Below, in pieces: positions 1-10,072 of a stretch of 64,000 bases of DNA (the stretch's first letter is position 1; every line of letters starts with the position of its first letter). This DNA is from an uncultured Verrucomicrobiota bacterium (GTDB taxonomy: Bacteria; Verrucomicrobiota; Verrucomicrobiia; Opitutales; UBA9783): assembly GCA_902495005.1 (NCBI GenBank), contig CABUVL010000002.1, positions 3,865 to 67,864 of the forward strand. The letters run 5' to 3'. The position numbers and the translations under genes were made by a program. The notes under the pieces are model-generated. The model was not told the origin of the DNA. It saw only the letters and a program-made list of their open reading frames with translations, and made no database searches.

Positions 1-95
1 CGTAGAAGCGTTTTTGTGCATGATTGTTTTTAGTTTGTGGTATCGTAGAAGAAGTTGGGCCCGAGGATTGAAGGCATCGTTGTAACGCAGATTTT

Positions 96-1031
96 ATGAA
101 TACGGAGGCAAATTTTATTGCGACATTTGAGGAAAATGGCACGCGTCTCGATAAATTTTTAACGCTCCATTTCTCGGGGCAATTGAGCCGCAACTGCATT
201 CAAGATGCCTTGCGAAATGGGCGTGTAATTTGTAATGGGGTACATGAATTAAAGCCCAATTATCGCGTAAAATCAGGAGATCAAATTCACGTACGTTTAG
301 AAGAAAAGCCCGTGCGTGGACTTGTGCCTTGTAAAAGGGACATCACTTTTGTGTACGAGGACGAATTTTTATTGGTGGTGGATAAGCCGGAAGGACTTGT
401 GGTTCATCCAGGACATGGGGTTGAACCTGGAACAACGTTGGTGGAGGCCCTGTTGTCTCATTGCCCGCTAAGTAGGGCTGCCGGCGTGGATCGGCCCGGT
501 GTTGTGCATCGGATTGACAAGGCGACGTCAGGGCTACTTTTATTGGCCAAAACCGACGAAGCGTACGGTAAATTGACGCGTTTGTTCGCGAATCGGGAAA
601 TACACAAGGTGTATCACGCGCTTGTGTGTGGAATTCCATCGTTATGTTCGGGGAGTATCGAATTGCCCATTGGACGTTGCGCAAAAGATCGCACGGCCAT
701 GTGTGTGTGCAGTAAGGGACGGTACGCATTGACACATTGGACCTTGAAAGAAAGTTTTCGAAGCGCCCATAAAGCTTTATTGGAATGTGAGCCTAAGACG
801 GGACGTACCCATCAAATCCGTGTTCATCTACAATGGATGGGGCACGCGATTGTTGGGGATGAGAAGTATGGACATACCGTGGCTGACCGTTTATTTTTGC
901 ACGCCTATCAGCTTAATTTTGAGCATCCTATCACGCACGTCCCGTTGGCGTTTCAATCGGATTGGCCTGCCTCTTTTCGGAAGGAGATTCAACGCTTGCG
1001 TTCGTTGGAGCTGACGCCGCTTCATCGTTGA
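96..1031 (+). CDS. rluD: RluA/RluD-family 23S rRNA pseudouridine synthase
   Basis: 311-aa ORF with an S4-like N-terminus, then the catalytic HRIDKATSGLLLLAK motif and the GRTHQIRVH block typical of RluD-type synthases. Confidence 0.85.
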   Translation: MNTEANFIATFEENGTRLDKFLTLHFSGQLSRNCIQDALRNGRVICNGVHELKPNYRVKSGDQIHVRLEEKPVRGLVPCKRDITFVYEDEFLLVVDKPEGLVVHPGHGVEPGTTLVEALLSHCPLSRAAGVDRPGVVHRIDKATSGLLLLAKTDEAYGKLTRLFANREIHKVYHALVCGIPSLCSGSIELPIGRCAKDRTAMCVCSKGRYALTHWTLKESFRSAHKALLECEPKTGRTHQIRVHLQWMGHAIVGDEKYGHTVADRLFLHAYQLNFEHPITHVPLAFQSDWPASFRKEIQRLRSLELTPLHR

Positions 1032-1124
1032 ATTTTTTCTGTGATGGGCGTAAAAAAGCGTGAAAAAAGCTTGCTATTGTTAACATCTCTCTTTTTTAAT
1101 TAAAAGCATATATTTTAGAGGTTT

Positions 1125-1442
1125 ATGAAAGCGGTTATTCAAACGCAAGGCAGACAGTATACGGTTCAACCGGGAGATATCTTAAAAGTTAATCGTTATC
1201 CCAATACGGAAGCTGGTAGTGTAGTCGATATTAAAGATGTATTAATGTGCGAGGATGAATCGGGTGTTCGTTTTGGAGCTCCTTTGCTGTCGGATGCCGT
1301 TGTACACGTTAAGGTCCTGGAAAACAAGCGTGATAAAAAAGTCGTTGTTTGGAAGCATAAACGTCGTAAGGGATATCGTTGTAAGTACGGTCATCGCCAA
1401 GAGTTGTCGGTGATTAAAGTTGAATCAATAGATGTTAAGTAA
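1125..1442 (+). CDS. rplU: 50S ribosomal protein L21
   Basis: 105 aa starting [19 protein letters not shown] ribosome-binding site just upstream. Classic rplU-rpmA pairing. Confidence 0.95.
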   Translation: MKAVIQTQGRQYTVQPGDILKVNRYPNTEAGSVVDIKDVLMCEDESGVRFGAPLLSDAVVHVKVLENKRDKKVVVWKHKRRKGYRCKYGHRQELSVIKVESIDVK

Positions 1443-1460
1443 TATTAGAAAGGACGCGTT

Positions 1461-1703
1461 ATGTCGCACCATAAAGGTCAGGGCTCTTCAAAAAACGGAC
1501 GGGATAGTAAGTGTAAGAATTTAGGCGTTAAGCGCTACAGTGGCGAAAAAGTTAAAGCGGGTACCATTCTAATGCGTCAACGCGGTACGGTATTTCATCC
1601 CGGTGATAATGTCGGCTTGGGCCGTGATTTTACTTTATTCGCACTAATCACAGGAACAGTTTCGTGGGATAAGGCCCATCGTAAGGTTTCTGTCAATGCA
1701 TAA
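1461..1703 (+). CDS. rpmA: 50S ribosomal protein L27
   Basis: 80 aa with [14 protein letters not shown]-terminal signature. AAGGA ribosome-binding site. Lies 18 nt after rplU. Confidence 0.95.
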   Translation: MSHHKGQGSSKNGRDSKCKNLGVKRYSGEKVKAGTILMRQRGTVFHPGDNVGLGRDFTLFALITGTVSWDKAHRKVSVNA

Positions 1704-1747
1704 TTTCTTAATCTGTTTGTTTTAGTTTTAATATAAATGGTTAAATG

Positions 1748-1796
1748 AACCACGTTCGTTTCGTCCTAACAAGGATGAAACAGCGTGGTTTTTTTG
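1748..1796 (+). terminator. Rho-independent terminator of rplU-rpmA
   Basis: Long imperfect hairpin (AACCACG...CGTGGTT outer stem, GTTTCGTCC/GGATGAAAC inner stem) followed by a T7 run. Confidence 0.8.
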
Positions 1797-2180
1797 TTAA
1801 GCTTAGAAGGGTTTGAGGGAAATTTAAAACTTAAAGAAAATTTTAAATTTAGCGATTTGAACCATCGTCGTGCGCTTAAGTTTTACGCGCCTGCATGTGC
1901 TTCCATTAATGGTAAAACATGCTTGTTTAAATTGTATCCACCCGTAATCAGTTATGTTTAGGAGGAGCGGCCTTGTTATTTGCTTTTTTTCGTCTTTTTT
2001 GGAGGCATTAAGAAGTGGACCTTATTGCAGGCAAATTCCGATCGACATCGTTAGTGATTGTATAAAACTGAGATTGGTTTTTACCACTGGAGCAGAAGTG
2101 TTAGCTGGTGTGGCTTTGTCTTGATACGGAAGATGACGGTAAGTTGCTGTAAAGGCCCGGAGAGGGCGCGCGCTTAAGTA

Positions 2181-2200
2181 TTTTTATTTTATTGATAATC
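2181..2200 (+). repeat. Weak copy of the TTTTTATT..ATTGAT intergenic box
   Basis: tttttattttattgataatc resembles the box at 42227-42254, 28733-28751, 28424-28446 and 7818-7848. Confidence 0.25.
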
Positions 2201-3148
2201 AACGTATTTATTTGGCGTGGTGATTGGGCGGAGGCATTTGTTCATTGTGTAACTTCGAAAAGAATTACCTTGCTTGGAAATTTTTGTAAGAGCGAAGTTA
2301 GAAACAAGTTTTGTCTTACAGTGGAATGGATTTTCTTAATTCACACAACCAGGTGGGGTTTCTTCGCTGCGCTATCTGTGTAATAATTTTGAAAGACAAA
2401 GGTGCGGCCGCCGAAAATTTAATAACTTAATGTATTGATAAATAGTGTGTTATGTGGATTACCGTCCGTATGTAATGGAAAAATGATTTTGGTGAGGGTA
2501 TCGTAAGTATATTTGCAGCACTTGTTGGGACAAATTTATCTGTGTGAAATTCTGGAATAATTTTTAACGTAACCCCCTTTATTTCATTGATAATAAAAAC
2601 TTAGAGATAACAACGGGGGCATTTGAAAATCACTTTCTCGAGATCAGCTTGCTTGCCGTTGGTCATTTTTATGATTTGGCAATAGGGTTATCGTCTGAAT
2701 ACGGTATTCAATGTAATTATTCATCATTTCATTGAATTCTACTTACAGAAAAACTTTTGATTGAAAACGGATGCAAGAATAAGTGTGCGGTTGAGTGGTT
2801 AGGGTTTAAAAATTTTTATTGATTATAAAACAATTAATCTCTGATTCAAGCAGTGGAATGTTGACATTAAAAGGAGAGACACGTGGATAATTTTTAATGG
2901 GTGTCTGCAGATCTTGGGTCGTAAAAGTGAGGCTTTTTTCGAGTGAGGTGTTAGTTGTGTAAGCAAATTTTGATAAAGTGTAATTTAAGCCGAATAACTT
3001 GCTTGTACATTTGAAATAAATCGTTGAAGTATTGGCAAAGTTCGTTTGGGAGCACAGGTTTGTTAGGCTTTTGTCACAATTATACGATGTTTATTTTTAC
3101 AAAGTTATTGGTATTTTGATAATTATGTTGTGTAAAAATGGCGCTTTT

Positions 3149-3189
3149 TAAAAAAAGATCCTCGAAAAGTAATACATCACTCTTCGAGG
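3149..3189 (-). terminator. Rho-independent terminator of rpsB-tsf
   Basis: On the minus strand, CCTCGAAG...CTTTTCGAGG hairpin followed by a T-run (plus-strand A-run 3149-3157), about 80 nt after the tsf stop. Confidence 0.7.
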
Positions 3190-3269
3190 ACATTGGATTC
3201 ATCAAACTTTCCCATCTCTCACATTTGCATCCTAATTAATTGAAAGAGGAGAGGGAAGGGGAGATGAAG

Positions 3270-3860
3270 TTATTCACCCAATTGATAACGTGCGAATCTT
3301 TTAATTTGGATATTCTCGCCTGTTTTTGAAATTTTTTCGTTCAACAACTCTTGGATCGTTTGATCGGGATTTTTAACAAAGTTTTGTTCCAGCAAACAAT
3401 TTTCGCCGAACCATTTGTTCATTTTCCCTTCAACGATCTTTTGAATAGCTTGGGCTGGTTTACCCTCGCATTGTGCCTTGGCGATTTCAATCTCTTTATC
3501 AATGAGTTCTTGCGGAACGTCTTCGCGTTTTAAGTAAGAGGGAGCTGCCGCGGCGATGTGCATGCAAATGTCGGAAACCAATTTCTTGAATTCTTCATTG
3601 CGTGCGACAAAGTCTGTTTCGCAGTTTACTTCCACGAGCACGCCGATTCTTCCACCGAGGTGAATGTAAGATTCTATAACACCCTCTTGAGCGGTACGTC
3701 CCATTTTTTTGGCGGCATTCATCATGCCTTTTTTCTTTAACCAAACGATGGCGTCTTCTGTAGAACCATTGGATTCTTGCAGGGCTTTTTTACAATCCAC
3801 CAAACCGGCTCCCGTCTTTGAACGGAGAGCCCCTACCATTTGTGCGGTAATTTCCATCAT
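3270..3860 (-). CDS. tsf: Elongation factor Ts (short form)
   Basis: 196 aa with a UBA-like N-terminus (VGALRSKTGAGLVDCKKAL). 4-nt overlap with the upstream rpsB. Confidence 0.9.
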   Translation of the reverse strand: MMEITAQMVGALRSKTGAGLVDCKKALQESNGSTEDAIVWLKKKGMMNAAKKMGRTAQEGVIESYIHLGGRIGVLVEVNCETDFVARNEEFKKLVSDICMHIAAAAPSYLKREDVPQELIDKEIEIAKAQCEGKPAQAIQKIVEGKMNKWFGENCLLEQNFVKNPDQTIQELLNEKISKTGENIQIKRFARYQLGE

Positions 3861-4735
3861 TTTTCTGCAGTTTCTTGAGGGTTAGCTTCTTTTGCCTTAG
3901 CTTCGTTAACTTCTTTAGCTTTAGGCTCTTGGGCAACCTTAGTTTCTTGAGCTTTGCTTGTCTTGCCGGTTCTTTTACTTCCCTTAGTGGTATGTGTTTG
4001 TGCCCGTTGTGGCTTAGCGACGGATGTGGGAATGTTTTTTACCTTGGCAAGCTTGTGCAATTCAATGCCCTTTTGAACGGCTTCTTGTAAATATTCAAAA
4101 ATGAGACTCAAAGACTTTGTTGAATCATCGTTGGCGGGAATTGGGAAATCAATGATGCTTGGATCCGAATTCGTATCGACGACACCCACAATTGGAATTT
4201 GGAGCCGTTTGGCCTCTCGAATTGCAATTTCTTCATTTTTGACATCCACGATAACGAGCACATCTGGACGGCGTGAGAGATTGCGAATGCCTTCGAAGCT
4301 GCGTTGCATACGTACCATTTCCCGTTTAATGACGGCGCCTTCTTTTTTGGGTAATTTGGCGAGTTCGCCAGATTCTTCCATTTGCAAGAAGCGTTGGTAC
4401 TTGGCTAAACTGGTTTTAACCGTTTCGAAATTTGTCAGGCATCCACCCAACCAACGATTTGCGCAGAATGGCATTTCGACGGCTTGTGCGCATTCACGAA
4501 TGACATCTTGGGCTTGTTTTTTGGTGCCCACGAACAGCACGGTCGCACCTTCTTTTACGCGTTCTGTTAAAAAGTCTCCTGCTTTTTCCAAGCATGCCAA
4601 GGTCTTTTCCAAATTGATAATTGAAATGCCGTTCAGGTGCTTGTACAGGTAGGGCCTGAATTTAGGATTCCAGCGTTTTTTTTGGTGCCCAAAATGCACG
4701 CCAGACTCAATCATATTTGTATAATCTAATTCCAT
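3857..4735 (-). CDS. rpsB: 30S ribosomal protein S2
   Basis: 292 aa with the GVHFGHQKKRWNPKF motif. Carries a ~45-aa Lys/Glu/Ala-rich C-terminal tail. Confidence 0.95.
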   Translation of the reverse strand: MELDYTNMIESGVHFGHQKKRWNPKFRPYLYKHLNGISIINLEKTLACLEKAGDFLTERVKEGATVLFVGTKKQAQDVIRECAQAVEMPFCANRWLGGCLTNFETVKTSLAKYQRFLQMEESGELAKLPKKEGAVIKREMVRMQRSFEGIRNLSRRPDVLVIVDVKNEEIAIREAKRLQIPIVGVVDTNSDPSIIDFPIPANDDSTKSLSLIFEYLQEAVQKGIELHKLAKVKNIPTSVAKPQRAQTHTTKGSKRTGKTSKAQETKVAQEPKAKEVNEAKAKEANPQETAEK

Positions 4736-5059
4736 ATATTTCTCCGTATTCTATTTAGAATCTTGGATAAGTAGGTTGAGGGTTAATTGTTGAAAAATAT
4801 TACAATCTTATAACAAGCATTTTCTCGTTGTTGGCAAGCAAATTCATTGTTTTCTCTTTATTTTTAGCCTGTGTTGTAGATTTTGCGGTATTTTTTAGTG
4901 GATGGGGCTGCGTGAGGATTGCCAACGTGCTTTTAAAAGCGTTTAATGCAGAATGTCGGAGTCATTAAAAAGCGGCGTCGAAAAATGAATCGCATTGACA
5001 AAGTTCTGAAATTACGTTTTGATAAACAGTAGTGAGTTTTAACAAAAAATAAAGGAATT

Positions 5060-7762
5060 ATGACTCGTAAAATGATTTATGAATTTGGTAAGAAGACAGA
5101 TGGAGACGCGACAATGCGTGCCCTTTTGGGTGGCAAAGGCGCCAACTTGGCAGAAATGTCGAGGATCGGCTTGCCGGTACCTCCAGGTTTTACCATTACG
5201 ACGGAAATGTGCATCGATTACTACACGTCGGGCCAAAAACTAAAACCCGAGCTAAAAGCTGAAATTAAAACGTCCATTCAAGCGGTAGAGGCACAATTGG
5301 GTAAGCATTTTGGCGATGCTCATAATCCGTTATTATTTTCAGTACGTTCAGGCGCGCGTGAGTCGATGCCGGGTATGATGGATACCATTTTGAATTTGGG
5401 TCTCAACGATACCACGGTGGAAGGTTTTGCAAAAGTTACCGCAAATCCTCGTTTTGCCTACGATTGTTACCGTCGTTTTATTCAAATGTACGGTGATGTC
5501 GTCATGGGTGTTGGTGCACGTTCAGAAGATGAGCACGATCCATTCGACAGCATTATTGATGAAATTAAGGCCCGTAAGGAAGTCAAGTACGATACAGAAT
5601 TGCAAGCGGAAGATTTGCAAGAATTGGTCAAGCGTTTTAAGGCATTGATTCTTGAAAGGGCTGGCAAGGCATTCCCGCAAGATGTCTTTGAACAATTGGA
5701 AGGCGCCATTGGGGCTGTGTTCGGTTCTTGGCATAACGAACGTGCGGTCATTTATCGGCGCAAGTACAACATCCCGTCCGATTGGGGAACGGCCGTTAAT
5801 GTTCAAGCGATGGTGTTCGGTAATGCGGGTGATACGAGTGCGACCGGTGTGGCTTTCACGAGAAATCCTGCAACGGGTGAAAATACATTTTACGGTGAAT
5901 ATTTAATTAATGCTCAAGGTGAAGATGTTGTGGCGGGTATTCGTACGCCCCATGCAATCGCACAATTGGCTCAAGAAATGCCAGAGGCGCATAAATCTCT
6001 GCTCAAAATTCGCGAAACTTTGGAACAACATTTCAAAGATATGCAAGATTTTGAGTTTACCGTTGAAAATCAACATCTGTTCATGTTGCAAACGCGTAAC
6101 GGTAAGCGTACCGGTTTAGCCGCGATTAAGATTGCTTTGGATATGGTCCAAGAGGGGCTGATCGACAAAAAGATGGCCATTCAACGTATCCCCGCCGAAT
6201 CGATCGCAAGCTTGCTGGTTCCCGTTTTTGATAATAAGGCGAAGAAAGAGGCTAAATGCATCGCAAGGGGCTTGCCGGCAGGACCTGGAGCCGCTTCAGG
6301 CAAGGTTGTCTTCAGCGCCGAACAAGCGGAAGCGTTGGCCGCTCAAGGTCATCGTGCCGTATTGTGTCGTGCGGAAACATCGCCGGAAGATTTGAGAGGC
6401 ATGTTGGTCGCCGAAGGTATTTTGACAAGCCGAGGCGGTGTAAGTTCACACGCTGCTTTGGTTGCACGTCAAATGGGAAAAGTTTGCGTCTGCGGTGCGG
6501 GTGACTTAAATATTGATTACCGCAAGCGCTGCATAACGGTCGGTCAAGTTTGCATTAAGGAAGGCGATATTATTTCGATTGATGGTTCTACGGGTGAGGT
6601 CTTCCAAGGGGGTATTCCGACAATGCCTTCTGAAGTTATGCAAGTCCTCTCAGGTCAATTAAAGGCTGAAGCGAGCGAGACGTATCGTATGTTCCACACC
6701 ATTATGACGTGGAGTGACGAATTTCGCCAATTGGGCATTCGTGCGAATGCAGATACACCTTCACAAGCGGCTTTGGCGTTAACCTTCGGAGCTGAAGGTA
6801 CAGGATTGTGCCGGACCGAGCACATGTTCTTTGAAGGTCACCGTATCGACGCAATGCGTGAAATGATATTGGCCGATTCGACAGAGCGCCGTCGTACAGC
6901 TTTGGCAAAATTGCTTCCTTTGCAAAAGAATGACTTCAAGGGCATTTTCAAGGCCATGAAGGGTCATCCGGTTACCATTCGTTTGTTGGATCCGCCGTTG
7001 CATGAATTTTTACCGCACGACGATCAAGCCATCGAGGCTTTGTCGAAAGTGATTGGTGTAAGTGTTGAGCAAATTAAGGTGCGTTCAAGTGCCTTGGCTG
7101 AACAAAATCCAATGCTGGGTCACAGAGGTTGTCGTTTGGGTATCGCTTATCCAGAAATTACAGAGATGCAAGCGACGGCTATTTTTGAAGCGGCCGCTGA
7201 AGTTATCCGTGAGGGCCTCCCTGTAAAAGTTGAGGTGATGGTTCCGCTGGTAGGTTTTGTAAAAGAGCTGGAGCATCAAATCCGTTGTATTCGTGAGACG
7301 GCTAAAAAGGTCTGTGAACGTTTCGGCATGGAAATTCCTTACATGGTGGGTACGATGATTGAAAATCCACGTGCCACAATTTGCGCGGATAAAATTGCCG
7401 AGATTGCAGATTTCTTCAGCTTTGGTACGAATGACCTTACTCAATTGACGTTGGGTATCAGCCGTGATGATATGGGCAAGTTTTACAAGGCCTACACCGA
7501 CTTGGAAATCTTTACACAAAATCCGTTTGCGTCAATCGATGTTGAGGGCGTTGGCGAATTGGTCAAGTTGGCGGTTAGAAAAGCTAGAAGCGGCAAAAAA
7601 CATATTGAATTGGGTGTTTGTGGTGAACATGGAGGCGATCCTCGTTCTGTTCAATTCTTTCACGACGTTCAATTGGATTACGTCAGCTGCTCGCCCAATC
7701 GTATTCCTATCGTACGTTTGGCGTGTGCTCAAGCGGCCTTGCGGAATCCGCACAAAGCGTAA
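5060..7762 (+). CDS. ppdK: Pyruvate, phosphate dikinase
   Basis: 900 aa. ATP-grasp N-terminus, phosphohistidine swivel motif [21 protein letters not shown]-utilising C-terminal barrel ([10 protein letters not shown]). AAGGA ribosome-binding site. Confidence 0.95.
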   Translation: MTRKMIYEFGKKTDGDATMRALLGGKGANLAEMSRIGLPVPPGFTITTEMCIDYYTSGQKLKPELKAEIKTSIQAVEAQLGKHFGDAHNPLLFSVRSGARESMPGMMDTILNLGLNDTTVEGFAKVTANPRFAYDCYRRFIQMYGDVVMGVGARSEDEHDPFDSIIDEIKARKEVKYDTELQAEDLQELVKRFKALILERAGKAFPQDVFEQLEGAIGAVFGSWHNERAVIYRRKYNIPSDWGTAVNVQAMVFGNAGDTSATGVAFTRNPATGENTFYGEYLINAQGEDVVAGIRTPHAIAQLAQEMPEAHKSLLKIRETLEQHFKDMQDFEFTVENQHLFMLQTRNGKRTGLAAIKIALDMVQEGLIDKKMAIQRIPAESIASLLVPVFDNKAKKEAKCIARGLPAGPGAASGKVVFSAEQAEALAAQGHRAVLCRAETSPEDLRGMLVAEGILTSRGGVSSHAALVARQMGKVCVCGAGDLNIDYRKRCITVGQVCIKEGDIISIDGSTGEVFQGGIPTMPSEVMQVLSGQLKAEASETYRMFHTIMTWSDEFRQLGIRANADTPSQAALALTFGAEGTGLCRTEHMFFEGHRIDAMREMILADSTERRRTALAKLLPLQKNDFKGIFKAMKGHPVTIRLLDPPLHEFLPHDDQAIEALSKVIGVSVEQIKVRSSALAEQNPMLGHRGCRLGIAYPEITEMQATAIFEAAAEVIREGLPVKVEVMVPLVGFVKELEHQIRCIRETAKKVCERFGMEIPYMVGTMIENPRATICADKIAEIADFFSFGTNDLTQLTLGISRDDMGKFYKAYTDLEIFTQNPFASIDVEGVGELVKLAVRKARSGKKHIELGVCGEHGGDPRSVQFFHDVQLDYVSCSPNRIPIVRLACAQAALRNPHKA

Positions 7763-7790
7763 ATTTGTTTAGGTTAGTTAGTTAAAAACG

Positions 7791-7824
7791 GGCCTCTTCT
7801 CACGGGAAGGGGCCTTGTTTTTTT
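7791..7824 (+). terminator. Rho-independent terminator of ppdK
   Basis: 9-bp GGCCTCTTC/GAAGGGGCC stem, 6-nt loop, then a TTGTTTTTTT run. Confidence 0.8.
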
Positions 7825-7880
7825 ATTCTCGGCTGTTTGATGTCGTTTAGAGTTGTTTCCTTCGATGGGGTAGGGGGTAC
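7818..7880 (+). repeat. Degenerate copy of the intergenic box plus G-rich tail
   Basis: tttttttattctcggctgtttgatgtcgttta aligns with tttttattttcataattattgatgtccttta of unit A. The following gtttccttcgatggggtagggggtac resembles the hairpin loops of units A and B. Confidence 0.3.
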
Positions 7881-8326
7881 TTATTTTGGCTGATCATTGG
7901 GGGTTTGTATTGTGGAAGACGCTCAATCCTTCGTGCCCTTTTAAAGATGAGTGTTGGTTAAGTTGCTGGATTACGTTTTACGCCAAGAGATCTAATAAAA
8001 AATTCCATTTCAATTGATGCTGCATTGACGGAATGACTTGTAATGGTTAATGCGCTTGAGTGTTTAAGATTTAGGATGTTGCGTCCTTACGCATTTGGAG
8101 GACGATGCTTGTTTTCTTCAGTTTGCTTTATGAGTCGCATGCATCTTTTCGATGCCTGTGAAAATAAACGGCTGTATTTTTTAGCAATTCTTCTGTTTAT
8201 TATAAATTGTAAAAGCGACAGTTTTTTATGATTGTGTGTAAAAGTATCTTGGCAACATAAATACTAAACTTACTTGCAATCAAATCAGTTTTTATTTAGC
8301 CAAAAGATATACTTATTTATTTTTAA

Positions 8327-8366
8327 GGGAAGTAATGGACCCCTTGCATAAATCCAATTACTTCCC
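8327..8366. promoter_or_regulatory. 10-bp perfect inverted repeat in the AT-rich leader of the XRE gene
   Basis: GGGAAGTAAT (8327-8336) and ATTACTTCCC (8357-8366) with a 20-nt spacer. No T-run on either strand. Confidence 0.3.
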
Positions 8367-8581
8367 TAGGACACTCTCTTGCTGTTTAAACGAACACTTG
8401 CATATTTTCATATGCCCCTTGCGACGTCTATAACAAAACTATAAGTTAATAGTGGATGAAATTTTTAAAAAATCAACTAAAAAATAGTTTTTTTATAAAA
8501 AATAAACGTTTTTTGCATATAATTCGCTTCTATTATACAAAAAGACTTTACTTTTTTAACAATTAATTAGACAATGTAGTT

Positions 8582-9268
8582 GTGTTTATAGGTACTGGGG
8601 TTAGCGATGAAAAGATCGATGTGGCACTTACAGATTTTTCTGTTGGCAAGGTCATTCGTCGTCTTATGGATGAGCTGCAGATGACCGAGGCCGAATTGTG
8701 CAGGGGGGTAAATTTACCACAAACGACCATCAATCGGCTTCTATCGTGTCAAACAAATGACCCACGCATGAGTACCTTGGCCGCCATCGCAAAATTTTTT
8801 GATGTGACCATTGAACAACTTATGGGCGTCGAGCCGTTGGTCCTGAATGCCGGAGTCCGTATGCTTAAGGGGTCTGTGTTGCCGATTATTCCCTGGGAGC
8901 ATCTTACGACTTGGTTGGAGACCAATACATGTAAGGACAGTGCTACGCAGTACGTTAAAACGGAAAAATTTTTAAATAAGGGTTCCTTTGCCAGCTATAA
9001 CCCGTTGTCGACAAATGAATATTTTAATGGACGTTGTTTGCTGTTGTTCAATGTCCAAGCTTGTTGCGAGGTTTTGGATGGGCAAATTGTTTTAGCCGAC
9101 TTGGGCGATGGAAATCTTGCCTTGCGCACAATTATTCGAGAGGGCAATGAGGTTTTCTTGAAGCGTTTGTTCGCACCTTACGAAATCAAGCCCTTTGAAA
9201 ACTCTTATGCCGTAAAAGCGCAAGTTGTTGAAATGCGTAAGTCGTTTGTAGATGATCAAACTTATTGA
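8582..9268 (+). CDS. XRE-family HTH regulator with CI/LexA-like (S24-type) C-terminal domain
   Basis: HTH_3-like segment ELQMTEAELCRGVNLPQTTINRLLSCQ...LAAIAKFFDVTIEQLMG, then a beta-rich C-terminal half. The start is uncertain: the track ORF begins at GTG 8582 and there is no in-frame ATG before the HTH. Confidence 0.6.
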   Translation: MFIGTGVSDEKIDVALTDFSVGKVIRRLMDELQMTEAELCRGVNLPQTTINRLLSCQTNDPRMSTLAAIAKFFDVTIEQLMGVEPLVLNAGVRMLKGSVLPIIPWEHLTTWLETNTCKDSATQYVKTEKFLNKGSFASYNPLSTNEYFNGRCLLLFNVQACCEVLDGQIVLADLGDGNLALRTIIREGNEVFLKRLFAPYEIKPFENSYAVKAQVVEMRKSFVDDQTY

Positions 9269-9270
9269 GC

Positions 9271-9879
9271 ATGGAACGTTTTAGAGCTTATTTCCCGAAC
9301 TTGCCGGAGCTTTGCTGGCAACAATTATCACTTTACGCCACGTACCTGAGGGAGTGGAATGAGAAGATTAATCTCATCGCGCGTTCCGATATTGATAATT
9401 TGGAGGAAAAGCATATGCTGCCCGTGTTGGCTTTTTGGGAATTGGTGCGCTGGAAATCTTCTTTGCGCGTGTTGGATGTCGGAACGGGCGGTGGCATTCC
9501 TGGGCTTCTTTTGGCTATTTTGTACCCGGACAATCAGTTTGTATTGTTGGACTCTATTCAGAAAAAAATCCGGGTTGTTCAATCAATTGCCACGCGTTTG
9601 GAATTGAAGAATGTACAAACATGTTGTGAGCGGCTCGAGAACCATACTCAAAAGTACGACGCAATTGTGGGACGTTTTGTAACGTCATTTGATAAATTTG
9701 TTCAAATGACACAATCACACTTGAAGCGGAAGAACAATGGCATCTTTTATTGGTCAGGTGGAGATGCCCTGGTTGACCTGCCTCCTGCCTTGGTTAAGAA
9801 GACCCATGTTTTTGATTTGGAGCAATTTTTCTCGTCGCGCTATTGTGAACAAAAGAAAATTCTGCATTTTCAGCCGTGA
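9271..9879 (+). CDS. rsmG: 16S rRNA (guanine527-N7)-methyltransferase RsmG
   Basis: GidB-like N-terminus (LREWNEKINLI) and SAM motif VLDVGTGGGIPGL. ATG 9271 preferred over the in-frame TTG 9265, which overlaps the upstream stop. Confidence 0.85.
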   Translation: MERFRAYFPNLPELCWQQLSLYATYLREWNEKINLIARSDIDNLEEKHMLPVLAFWELVRWKSSLRVLDVGTGGGIPGLLLAILYPDNQFVLLDSIQKKIRVVQSIATRLELKNVQTCCERLENHTQKYDAIVGRFVTSFDKFVQMTQSHLKRKNNGIFYWSGGDALVDLPPALVKKTHVFDLEQFFSSRYCEQKKILHFQP

Positions 9880-9971
9880 TGTGCGTGATATCCACGTATC
9901 AACGCTTACGTTTCTTGTTGAAAAATCATTGACTTCGAGTCAAAGTCTCCTAGGGTAGTAAAAGATTAAGG

Positions 9972-10049
9972 CGGGACGTAACTCAGTCTGGCTAGAGTGC
10001 ATGCTTTGGGAGCATGAGGTCGTAGGTTCAAATCCTATCGTCCCGACCA
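9972..10049 (+). tRNA. tRNA-Pro (UGG)
   Basis: Cloverleaf read by eye. Acceptor CGGGACG/CGTCCCG, anticodon stem CATGC/GCATG with loop TTTGGGA, T-loop GGTTCAAATCC, encoded CCA. Confidence 0.9.
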
Positions 10050-10072
10050 TAATAGTGATATCTTGTACGTTA

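Noticed and set aside
1960-2011. Strong AGGAGG followed 7 nt later by a TTG-initiated 12-codon hydrophobic mini-ORF (LLFAFFRLFWRH) in the rpmA-tsf spacer.
   Set aside because: This is a single occurrence with a non-ATG start. There is no downstream gene for it to regulate and no supporting structure. I cannot distinguish it from chance.
2453-2890. DnaA-box-like 9-mers (TGTGGATTA at 2453-2461 and CGTGGATAA at 2882-2890) in the long AT-rich spacer, raising the possibility of oriC.
   Set aside because: There are only two one-mismatch boxes, with no cluster. No dnaA, dnaN or gidA context is present, and the spacer lies between convergent operons. Evidence is insufficient for an origin.
4101-4652. 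183-aa ORF antisense to rpsB, and many similar track ORFs nested in or antisense to strong genes (for example 343..735, 13334..13819, 20400..20798, 24442..24948, 46243..46767, 47032..47394, 61322..61723, 62178..62639).
   Set aside because: They lie entirely within CDSs that have unambiguous conserved motifs on the other strand or frame. They have odd compositions (Arg/Ser/Cys-rich or low complexity) and no ribosome-binding sites. These are typical shadow ORFs.
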